From Candidatus Rifleibacteriota bacterium (GTDB lineage: Bacteria; Muiribacteriota; Ozemobacteria; Ozemobacterales; Ozemobacteraceae): DNA of 25,374 bases. The position numbers and the translations under genes are program-made. The notes below the pieces were generated by a model that worked only from the letters and a program-made list of their open reading frames with translations, made no database searches and was not told the origin of the DNA. Below, in pieces: positions 17,283-25,374 of the stretch; the stretch's first letter is position 1, and each line of letters starts with the position of its first letter. Where the stretch lies: positions 1 to 25,374 of the forward strand of contig JBNJGH010000044.1 in assembly GCA_051747585.1 (NCBI GenBank), given 5' to 3'.

Positions 17283-19382
17283 ATGAAAGAACAACCAACA
17301 AAAATGAAATCAGTAGCTCTATATGCGTTACTGCTTATACTGCTTCTTACAGCGTTTACAAATATCGCCAGTACCAAGAAGGTCGAAAGACTGACTTATT
17401 CGGAATTCCTCAAGATCATTAAAGGTGATGACCCCGGGAAAAAAATACTTAGACTCAAAATAAACAACCGTGAAATAACAGGTAGACTTCAAAAACAGGT
17501 TACTATGGGTAGTGGCGATGAAGCCAAAACAGCAGATTTTCATACAGTTGCCCCTGAAGACCCTGGTTTGATGAAAATTATCAGAAAAAGCGACGCAATA
17601 ATTGAAGCAGAACCACCAGCACAAATGTCATGGTGGCTCAACCTGCTGATTAACTGGTTCCCATTTATCCTTTTAATTGGAGCCTGGCTTTATATATTGC
17701 AAAAAATGCAGGGTGGTGGCGCAAAGGCTCTAAGCTTTGGCAAAAGCAAAGCCAGAATGGTAGACCCAACTGACAAAAAGATTCTTTTTAAAGATGTAGC
17801 AGGAGTTACCGAAGCGAAAGAAGATCTGCTCGAAGTCGTTGAATTTCTTCGTGACCCACAAAAATTTACTAACCTTGGGGCCAAAATCCCCAGAGGCGTT
17901 TTGCTTTTCGGACCTCCGGGCACCGGAAAAACTCTGCTGGCAAAAGCAGTTGCCGGCGAAGCAAAAGTGCCATTCTTTAACATCTCCGGATCTGAGTTCG
18001 TAGAAATGTTTGTAGGGGTTGGTGCCTCGAGAGTTCGCGACCTTTTCGAACAAGCGAGAAAAAATGCCCCCTGCATCGTATTTATGGATGAGATCGATGC
18101 TGTGGGCCGTCAGCGTGGCGCCGGCCTTGGCGGTGGTCACGACGAAAGAGAACAGACACTTAACCAGCTTCTGGTTGAAATGGATGGATTCGACAATACC
18201 ATGGGTATCATTCTGGTAGCCGCAACCAACCGACCAGACGTGCTCGATCCGGCACTACTCAGGCCCGGCAGATTTGACCGCCGAATTGTAGTAGATCAAC
18301 CCGACATAAGAGGCCGTGAAGAAATTCTTAAAATACACGTTCGCGACAAACCCGTTTCAGACGACGTAAACCTGAGTATTCTGGCAAGAAGAACTCCGGG
18401 ATTCGTAGGTGCTGACCTGGCAAATCTTACTAATGAAGCAGCAATTCTTGCAGCACGCAATGACCGCAAAATTGTAATCATGAGTGATTTTGAAGCTTCA
18501 ATCGACAAAGTTATTGCCGGTTCAGAACGAAAAAGTCGCATAATTTCCGAAAAAGAAAAGCAGAACACCGCATACCACGAAATGGGACATGCTATGGTTG
18601 CAGCGCTGCTACCCGGAACAGACCCGGTTCATAAAATTACAATTATTCCACGAGGCATGGCCCTTGGGCTCACAATGCAGCTACCGGTAGAAGACAGACT
18701 TACCGTTTCAAAAACCCAGCTGTTTCATCAACTATGCATACTTCTTGGCGGAAGAGTTGCCGAATCGATAGTTTTCGACGAAATAACATCCGGTGCCAGA
18801 AACGATATCGAAAGAGCTACCAAAATTGCTCGAAAAATGGTCTGCGAACTGGGTATGAGCGAAGAAATAGGACCGCTTCATCTTGGCGACGATAATCAGA
18901 CCGTTTTCCTCGGCAAAGAATTCAATACCAGAACAGACTTGTCTGAAGAAACCGCACGCAAAATCGACAAAGAAATAAGAAAACTTGTTGATGATGCCTA
19001 TCAAAAAGCGAAACAGATTCTTACCGACAACAAAGACAAGCTCGAAAAATTTGCAAAGCTCCTGCTTGAACGCGAAACAATTAATGCAGGTGAATTCCAA
19101 GACCTCTTAAAAGGCAAAGAACTGCCTCCACTGCCCGAAAAGAAACCTATCGTCAGCGCAGTTGAGGAAATAGAAAAAGTAAAAAAAGAGCACGAAAAAC
19201 AGGAAAAAGACAGCAAAGAAGTCTCTGAAGAAGATAAAGAATCCAAAGATACAAAAGCTCCCGAAGCAACAGAAGACAAGGAGCCCGAACAAGACGAACA
19301 AGCGCCTGAAACAAAAAAAGAAGAACCCGAAGACGAACCCTCTTCAGATAAAAACCCAAAAGATAACAAGCCACAAAAATAA
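17283..19382 (+). CDS. ftsH: ATP-dependent zinc metalloprotease FtsH
   Basis: Two TM segments, Walker A GPPGTGKT, Walker [32 protein letters not shown], zinc motif HEMGH. ATG 17283 is preferred over GTG 17247 (start uncertain). Confidence 0.98.
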   Translation: MKEQPTKMKSVALYALLLILLLTAFTNIASTKKVERLTYSEFLKIIKGDDPGKKILRLKINNREITGRLQKQVTMGSGDEAKTADFHTVAPEDPGLMKIIRKSDAIIEAEPPAQMSWWLNLLINWFPFILLIGAWLYILQKMQGGGAKALSFGKSKARMVDPTDKKILFKDVAGVTEAKEDLLEVVEFLRDPQKFTNLGAKIPRGVLLFGPPGTGKTLLAKAVAGEAKVPFFNISGSEFVEMFVGVGASRVRDLFEQARKNAPCIVFMDEIDAVGRQRGAGLGGGHDEREQTLNQLLVEMDGFDNTMGIILVAATNRPDVLDPALLRPGRFDRRIVVDQPDIRGREEILKIHVRDKPVSDDVNLSILARRTPGFVGADLANLTNEAAILAARNDRKIVIMSDFEASIDKVIAGSERKSRIISEKEKQNTAYHEMGHAMVAALLPGTDPVHKITIIPRGMALGLTMQLPVEDRLTVSKTQLFHQLCILLGGRVAESIVFDEITSGARNDIERATKIARKMVCELGMSEEIGPLHLGDDNQTVFLGKEFNTRTDLSEETARKIDKEIRKLVDDAYQKAKQILTDNKDKLEKFAKLLLERETINAGEFQDLLKGKELPPLPEKKPIVSAVEEIEKVKKEHEKQEKDSKEVSEEDKESKDTKAPEATEDKEPEQDEQAPETKKEEPEDEPSSDKNPKDNKPQK

Positions 19383-20497
19383 TGCCCAGGTTTCTGTTCA
19401 TACTCGGCACAAGACCTGAAATAATCAAGCTTGCTCCGGTTATAATCGAGAGCCACAAAAGAGGCATAGAAACAACTGTTGTTCATACCGGCCAACACCT
19501 TGAGCTGGCCCGGGATATGCTGGAACACTTTGATATAACTCCAGATATCAATCTGGAAGTAATGCAACCAAACCAGAGCCTTTTCAGTCTCAGCGCTAAA
19601 ATTATTGCAGGCCTTGAGCCGATTTTAAAAGCCAGAGATCACCAGATGGTCTTTGTTCAAGGCGATACCTCCACAGTTTTTCTAGGCGCACTTGGAGCAT
19701 TTTACAGCAAAATCCCCGTCGCCCATGTAGAGGCCGGGCTTAGAACCAACGATCGCTACAGCCCTTTTCCCGAAGAAATTAACCGTAGACTCACAAGCAA
19801 CCTGGCGACACTCCATTTTGCACCCACTCAAAACGCAAAAGAAAAGCTTTTAAAAGAAAACATCGCCCCAGAACACGTCTTTGTAACAGGAAATACTGTA
19901 ATAGATGCGCTTCATTGGAGCCTCAAAAAGCCCCATAAACTGAGCGACGATCTGGAAGCATTGCTCACCAGCCCCAAAAAAACCATTCTTTTAACAACTC
20001 ATAGGCGAGAAAATTTTGGATCGCCTCACAAAGAGGTGTTTAAAGCCATTAAAGCCCTGCTACAAGACTTCAATGACATACAGGTGATCTTTCCTATTCA
20101 CCCCAACCCAAACGTGCGCAAACAGGCTTATTCGTTCTTTGATAATGAGCCAGAAGTAAAACTCATAGAACCCCTGGGATATTTGGATTTCATCAATGTT
20201 ATGCAACGCTGCCACCTGATTTTGACTGACTCAGGCGGGGTCCAGGAAGAAGCACCATCTCTTAACAAGCCGGTATTAATACTGAGAGAGTCGACCGAAA
20301 GGCCCGAAGGGCTTACATCGGGCTGCCTGAAGCTAGTTGGGACAGACAAAAACAAGATTATCCAGGAAACAAAAGAGCTTTTACAAAACGAAGACAAATA
20401 CAATCAGATGGCTCAAGCCCAAAACCCCTACGGAGACGGGCTGTCAGCGCAAAAAATTCTTAACCACAGCCTGGAATATCTCAACAAGACAGTCTAA
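19382..20497 (+). CDS. wecB: UDP-N-acetylglucosamine 2-epimerase (non-hydrolysing)
   Basis: GTRPEIIK, HTGQH, VQGDT, HVEAGLRT, PFPEEINR, HRRENFG, TDSGGVQEEAP, TERPEG, NPYGDG. Confidence 0.96.
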   Translation: MPRFLFILGTRPEIIKLAPVIIESHKRGIETTVVHTGQHLELARDMLEHFDITPDINLEVMQPNQSLFSLSAKIIAGLEPILKARDHQMVFVQGDTSTVFLGALGAFYSKIPVAHVEAGLRTNDRYSPFPEEINRRLTSNLATLHFAPTQNAKEKLLKENIAPEHVFVTGNTVIDALHWSLKKPHKLSDDLEALLTSPKKTILLTTHRRENFGSPHKEVFKAIKALLQDFNDIQVIFPIHPNPNVRKQAYSFFDNEPEVKLIEPLGYLDFINVMQRCHLILTDSGGVQEEAPSLNKPVLILRESTERPEGLTSGCLKLVGTDKNKIIQETKELLQNEDKYNQMAQAQNPYGDGLSAQKILNHSLEYLNKTV

Positions 20498-20959
20498 GCA
20501 CGGCACTTAAAAGAACTCAAGCCGACTAAGTCATACAAGAGCAATCGCACCAAAAATCTTTCTCTAACAGGCAACATCATGAGCCGCAAACTCCATTTTT
20601 TTGTCCTTCTTTGCGGCTTACAGAGCCGGCGTGCGGCTTCTTTACAAGATTGCCGGTCATGCAATAAACCTTCATTGTCCTAAAATTACCAGCCCATCAT
20701 CTAAACAAATTTTGCTATTTAGCCGAATACAAACTCAAGAGCCGCCGAATGCCCCCAGGCAATTGCGTATCCCGCAATTATCAGCGGGTTTTACCAGCTA
20801 AAAGGCTTATTGCAACCATTAAATTTCTTGCGCACAGAAGACCCAACAACAAATAACCAACAAACAGCAGCACCCATTAACACCAATATATTAACATCAA
20901 CCTTTAATTATTAATACTAACTTTATACTGATGAATTTTTAATATTTTGGCGCAAAAAA

Positions 20960-21226
20960 AGTTGCATCTGCAATAGGAGCAAATGCAACTGGTTATTCGA
21001 TGACCACTCTGAATCGATGACTCGGTTAAAACCGGGCGGAAAATGATGCCCCTGGACCCGTCGACTCCGCTCAGGGGTCAGGTCGGGAGCGACGAGAAAA
21101 AAAACATTCGATAGCGAATACCGACAACGACAACGATTAAGAGTATTCGCTGTCGTCTAATGAAGAATTGCGAAGCCCCGATCCCGATAGCGATGCCGAG
21201 GTTTCATTAAACCTGGCGCAAGGTTT
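20960..21226. repeat. cluster of REP-like hairpins between convergent genes
   Basis: Stems at 20960-20990, 21048-21078, 21109-21155 (13 bp, one G-U) and 21209-21226; CGATNN hexamer run at about 21179-21199. Confidence 0.55.
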
Positions 21227-21268
21227 ATCTAATTTTTGAACAAGCCGGCAAGCATTACCCTTAAAATG

Positions 21269-22651
21269 CTAGGCAGCCAGCAGCTCTACGGCCTTTCTTT
21301 CGCTTTCAGGCAGATCGGTCTTGACCTTTTCGAGGCGCGGCCCACTTTTTTTAATCATAAACAGCTTGATAAGCTCAACGCAGTTTTCTTTGGCCAGACT
21401 GGACTCAGAAGTCTTATGAAGAGCGATAAGGGACCGCAGGTCTTCGGGTTCAGCCAATTCAAGCAGGTAACGCTGAAGCTCGATACCTCTATCCGGTTTC
21501 AGGCCGAGATAAACATCAAGCAATTTTTCAAGGCTTTCCCGTCGCGAAGAACTCAACAAAGCTGCCAACCCCATGGCATTCAAGGCGATAATCGAATCCG
21601 GCGAATCGGTCAGGCGCTCCAGGGCGGGCAAATTCTTCTGAGCATGAAGAGCATACAGAGCGTTAAGGCGCATTCCTGCGGTGTCTCCGCTCTCTCGCGC
21701 AAGTGTTTCGAGCAGTTCCCCGGTCTGCTCCCGCGAAAAGCCACCTAATGAAGAAATGGCCATCAAGCGAACCTCAGGAGATGAGTCTCCAAGCATTTTT
21801 TTGAGCAGTTCGGGGTTAACAGATTTGCTGATTTTTTCCATCGACGCCGCTGCGGTCTGACGCACCCACTTATCCGGATGATCAAGCCCCTCCTGTATCA
21901 TAGACGCAAACGGCAGATTAAAGTCTGACAAATCGACGACCTTTAAAAGAGTCTGCGCAAAATCATCGGTTAGATCGTGACTGATTCTGATCAAACTATT
22001 CATCACATTCGCATCGCTGGGACTCCACTCTATTCTCATTTTTTTGATAATATTATCAGAATTTGGATTAATCAACAGCCTTAAAACTGTTTCACCGCCA
22101 AGTTTTTTTACTACTAACAAAGAGTTTTCGATAAAATGGTATCCAGAAAAATCTCCAACCTTTTTGGATGCTTTTATCATATTTTTGATAATAATTTTTA
22201 AAAATCTTTTATCGTCAGACTTTCCTATTATCTCGGTAGCCTTCCCTTTTCGGGTAAGATCGGCATTTGTTTTTAAAACCTCATAAGCTTTATCCTGCAT
22301 CGTCAAAAGTTCTGCTTCATTTTTTCCTGCTTGAGACCACACATCCACATAAGCCGCCAACAAGAGAGGCAAGCTTTGCTTGTCACATTTTCTGCAGACA
22401 ACCCTGAGTCTGTTCAGCAGCTTCGCACCATCTGCCGGATGAAAATATAGAAAATCTTCTATTTTACGAGCAATTTTATACTGCCTTTTGGGCGAAAATT
22501 CCGGCAACTTGCGCAATAAAAGAGCCAGCCCAAACCCCTTAAGGTCTATAATATCGCAAACCGATTCCTTTATTTTTTTTACCGGCATTCTATTTAATTT
22601 TTTTATTTTCTTATTAAGAAGCCCTAAATCTTTAGCTACATTCTTCTTCAT
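21269..22651 (-). CDS. HEAT-repeat protein
   Basis: LDHPDKWVRQTAAASM, LGDSSPEVRLMAISSLG and MRLNALYAL; predicted all-helical; starts 15 nt after the TPR gene stop. Confidence 0.82.
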   Translation of the reverse strand: MKKNVAKDLGLLNKKIKKLNRMPVKKIKESVCDIIDLKGFGLALLLRKLPEFSPKRQYKIARKIEDFLYFHPADGAKLLNRLRVVCRKCDKQSLPLLLAAYVDVWSQAGKNEAELLTMQDKAYEVLKTNADLTRKGKATEIIGKSDDKRFLKIIIKNMIKASKKVGDFSGYHFIENSLLVVKKLGGETVLRLLINPNSDNIIKKMRIEWSPSDANVMNSLIRISHDLTDDFAQTLLKVVDLSDFNLPFASMIQEGLDHPDKWVRQTAAASMEKISKSVNPELLKKMLGDSSPEVRLMAISSLGGFSREQTGELLETLARESGDTAGMRLNALYALHAQKNLPALERLTDSPDSIIALNAMGLAALLSSSRRESLEKLLDVYLGLKPDRGIELQRYLLELAEPEDLRSLIALHKTSESSLAKENCVELIKLFMIKKSGPRLEKVKTDLPESERKAVELLAA

Positions 22652-22666
22652 ATCTAACTTCTTTCT

Positions 22667-24553
22667 TTACAAATTCTTTAACAAAATTACCAGTCGAGCC
22701 CTGTCTTCTTCTTTTAAGGCTCCAATTTCAATAATTTTTCTTGTTTCAGCCTTGAGTCTTTCTTTCTGGGTAAAGTTAAAACTGTTTTTAAGAATTATTC
22801 CCGGAATAACCGCATAGAGAGAATCATTGTCTACAGCCTGATGCCAATAGTTCCAGAACCGTGAAACTTTATTGCGTATCAACATGTTCATCGCCGACAT
22901 TGCCAGAGCCTCAGCGTTTCTGGCCTCATGCTTGAGCACGAGTTCGAATTCACGCTGGGCAGAAGCAAAGTCTCCGGCAAAGAAAAAAGCTTTGCCAAAA
23001 AGCAGGTGATCTTCCATAAATCGCGGGTAGTATTCACCGATTCGCTTCAGCCACTTCATAATTCCCCGACTGTCGCCCGAAGCCAGGGTCAACTCTACCC
23101 GGGTTATAATCTCAACAAGGCTTTCAATTCCATCGTTAAATTTATTCCAGGCCTCCAGCGCTCTTTGCGGAATACCTTTCAATATACAAAGCCGGGAATA
23201 CCAGACAACCAGTTCTTCATCTTCAGGGGTCTTTTCAAGAAGCTCGAGCATGTATTTTTCTGCCATATCAAGCTCATTTAACCTCAAAGCGGTATACGCA
23301 TACAAAAAAAGAGCATGGGGCTCATAAGGATATTCATTAAGCACCATATCAAGGCGGCCTGCAGCCCGGGAAAACTCTTTGTCGAACAAGTCCAGCTCAA
23401 CTAAAGCCACAGCAAGTTCCGGACAATGCCCAAGGTCTCGCACAGCCTCCTTGAGAACCGACCTGGCCGCTTCCGAATCTCCGTTCATTGCCAGAGACTT
23501 TGCAAGTTCAACTCGACTATTGGGGTCAGAAGGAACACTGGCACGAATCTCAGAATAAACCTCCGCTGCCTTTTCAAAATCACGGCTTTGAAAAAGAAGA
23601 TTAGCAAGCTCTTTGGCAATAAAAAGATCGTCAGGGTCTTTTTGCCGCAAGCTGTTTAATTCCTTTAACGCTATGTCCAGACTGGTCTTACCATCATAAA
23701 GATTGTCGAGAATATCATAAACGTCAGTTTCATAAGCGCTCTGCTTAACTCGCAAGCCGGCAGCATCGACCTTTTTACGCAAAATCGGCAGACGACGCGC
23801 AAGCTCATTAAACTTATCCTGCAGCATCGAGGGCTCTTCCAGGGTGTTTATACCCTTTTTTAACAGATCAACCGCTTCCTGAATACAACCGTCTTCGAGC
23901 AGAAGATCCACCATCATCACCTGCAGCTTCTGGTTCTCAGGCTCCATCATCATCGCCCTTTTCAGGGTTGTAGCAGCCTTTTCCCGGTTATTCAAAGCAA
24001 CCTGGGAATAATAAATACCCATCAACGGCTCTATGGAATCACAGGCAACCGCAGAAGCCTTGCGAAAAATCTGCAATGCCTTTTCAAACTTTTCCAGGCG
24101 CATAAATGTATCGCCCAGCATCAGCAAAAAACCAGAGTCTTCTATCACTTCTTCGATAATAGACTCGCCCAGCTCGACAACAGAGCTCAACCTATCAAGT
24201 TTTTGATAGCACTGAAGAATCGCTTTTTTTACCTCGAGATCCTCAGGCAACAGCTCCAAAGCCCGTTCAAAGGCAAGAAGGGCAGATTCAAAATCTTCTT
24301 GATAAACAAAAGCCTTGCCAATATTGTAAAGTGCCAGACTGTTATCCTGATCGGCCTTCAAAGCTTTTGAAAGCAATCTTATAGCGCGGTCAGACAACCC
24401 CTTCTGCAAACAGGCTGCGCCAAGATTTACCAGAATATCATTATTTTCAGGTTCTAAATTTAAAGCCCTTTCATATTCCTCTATGGCATTATCGAACAAT
24501 CCGCGTTGTTGCAGATCTATTCCTTTAAGAAAATATTCCCGGGCCGTTTCCAT
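22667..24553 (-). CDS. tetratricopeptide-repeat protein, about 628 aa
   Basis: Serial TPR units (AREYFLKG...AIEEYERALNLEP, ILVNLGAA..., ALYNIGKAF...AFERALELLP). ATG 24553 has RBS GTGAGGA and lies 1 nt after the upstream stop, so it is preferred to TTG 24637. Confidence 0.9.
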   Translation of the reverse strand: METAREYFLKGIDLQQRGLFDNAIEEYERALNLEPENNDILVNLGAACLQKGLSDRAIRLLSKALKADQDNSLALYNIGKAFVYQEDFESALLAFERALELLPEDLEVKKAILQCYQKLDRLSSVVELGESIIEEVIEDSGFLLMLGDTFMRLEKFEKALQIFRKASAVACDSIEPLMGIYYSQVALNNREKAATTLKRAMMMEPENQKLQVMMVDLLLEDGCIQEAVDLLKKGINTLEEPSMLQDKFNELARRLPILRKKVDAAGLRVKQSAYETDVYDILDNLYDGKTSLDIALKELNSLRQKDPDDLFIAKELANLLFQSRDFEKAAEVYSEIRASVPSDPNSRVELAKSLAMNGDSEAARSVLKEAVRDLGHCPELAVALVELDLFDKEFSRAAGRLDMVLNEYPYEPHALFLYAYTALRLNELDMAEKYMLELLEKTPEDEELVVWYSRLCILKGIPQRALEAWNKFNDGIESLVEIITRVELTLASGDSRGIMKWLKRIGEYYPRFMEDHLLFGKAFFFAGDFASAQREFELVLKHEARNAEALAMSAMNMLIRNKVSRFWNYWHQAVDNDSLYAVIPGIILKNSFNFTQKERLKAETRKIIEIGALKEEDRARLVILLKNL

Positions 24554-24554
24554 A

Positions 24555-25374
24555 TTAGAATTCCTCACGTCTGCCGCCGCCTGACGATGATTGCTTCTGG
24601 GCATTTCCCTGCTCTTTGAATTTTTCAAGGTTTTCAATCATTGCCGTGTAATTTTCTACTTCCTGGGGTGCGCATTCTTTAAATCTTGAATACGCTTCGT
24701 AAAACCTGAAAAATATCCTGGAGTTAATGCTACCCATTTTATTTTTTGCAATCAAAGCTTCTGCAATTGGAATCATGAAACTATCTTCTTTTCCCCATTC
24801 CCATTCCAGGAACGGAGTGTCAAAATTGTTCAGATAATCTGAATAGAGGAAAAATACTGCATAAGGGTCGTAAAGCAACCCCATGATTTCTTCCAGATCA
24901 TCCTTTACCGGGCGACGAGAACTTACAGCTTTTGGCAACCCGGCGGTCGCAATAAGCGTAACCCCTTCAACCGCACTTAAGCTTTTTAATTCAGCAGAGA
25001 GAAAATTACATTTTTCATTAAATTTCATTTGATGCTGATTGCGAATTTGAATTTTAAAAATCGGATCAATTACCACAGCAACATCTCCGCCTCTTTCAAG
25101 CCTTGTTCGCTTAACAAACTTTTTAATATCGTCGAGAAAAACTCTTCCTGAGGTTTCATCGACCAGCAAGAGCCGCTTGCTCATCTGGGCTACTTTTGAA
25201 AGCCCTTCTTTTCTTTTATCTTCAAATTCCGGTCTGGATAAATAAGGATTTTTAACATAATCAATTGGAACTTCAGCAGCATGAGCCACCATTTTGGCAG
25301 TAACATCAAGCCGATTTAAATCGAGGCTGAAATAAATAACAGTCAAGCCCGGATTCAAGGCTGTCAAGTCCCAG
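24555..25374 (-). CDS. DnaB-like (SF4 helicase) C-terminal domain protein, 5'-truncated by the window, with degenerate motifs
   Basis: Frame is open to the window edge; VIYFSLD, VVIDP, SAELKSLS, RRPVKDDL and LIAKNKMG follow the DnaB motif order H1a-H2-H3-H4. Confidence 0.75.
   Translation of the reverse strand, partial: WDLTALNPGLTVIYFSLDLNRLDVTAKMVAHAAEVPIDYVKNPYLSRPEFEDKRKEGLSKVAQMSKRLLLVDETSGRVFLDDIKKFVKRTRLERGGDVAVVIDPIFKIQIRNQHQMKFNEKCNFLSAELKSLSAVEGVTLIATAGLPKAVSSRRPVKDDLEEIMGLLYDPYAVFFLYSDYLNNFDTPFLEWEWGKEDSFMIPIAEALIAKNKMGSINSRIFFRFYEAYSRFKECAPQEVENYTAMIENLEKFKEQGNAQKQSSSGGGRREEF

Noticed and set aside
20601..20801. 66-aa plus-strand ORF after wecB
   Set aside because: TTG start without RBS, no recognisable features, and it crosses several small hairpins.
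20946..20967. Second sigma-54 promoter (TGGCGC...TTGCA)
   Set aside because: GG-to-GC spacing is 13 nt, not the required 10.
21236..23659. Plus-strand ORFs 21236..21748, 22044..22286, 22488..22817, 22928..23281 and 23426..23659
   Set aside because: Antisense shadows of the HEAT and TPR genes with no motifs; the same applies to the shadow ORFs within hflX, pulA, ftsH and other genes.
24554..24637. Longer TPR start at TTG 24637
   Set aside because: It overlaps the DnaB-like gene by 83 nt; ATG 24553 has a good RBS and abuts the upstream stop.

Overview
AT-rich bacterial chromosomal window, mostly housekeeping and metabolic genes from what looks like a fermentative anaerobe. No rRNA, tRNA, CRISPR array, transposase or prophage was recognised. 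In order it holds: two secreted hypothetical proteins (one behind a good sigma-54 promoter match), hflX, a PmtA-type SAM methyltransferase, a YqhD-like iron alcohol dehydrogenase, a YvlD/holin-4-like membrane protein, a secreted type I pullulanase preceded by a possible L7Ae-fold protein, and a coupled three-gene operon (GrpU-like BMC shell protein, TsaA/TrmO, IscU/NifU-like scaffold). Next come cheW and a rubredoxin (absent from the ORF track), a tandem PilZ protein, an rph-rdgB-RibK-like-MBL cluster, a HEAT protein, ftsH-wecB, and a minus-strand operon of a degenerate DnaB-like protein, a TPR protein and a HEAT protein. Three long intergenic regions carry palindromic REP-like modules, including a precise four-way-junction structure at 1230-1439. 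The best candidates for undescribed systems are the orphan Cys-containing BMC shell gene coupled to an Fe-S scaffold, the DnaB-like/TPR/HEAT operon, and the structured intergenic elements. All calls rest on motif recognition by eye; no searches were run.
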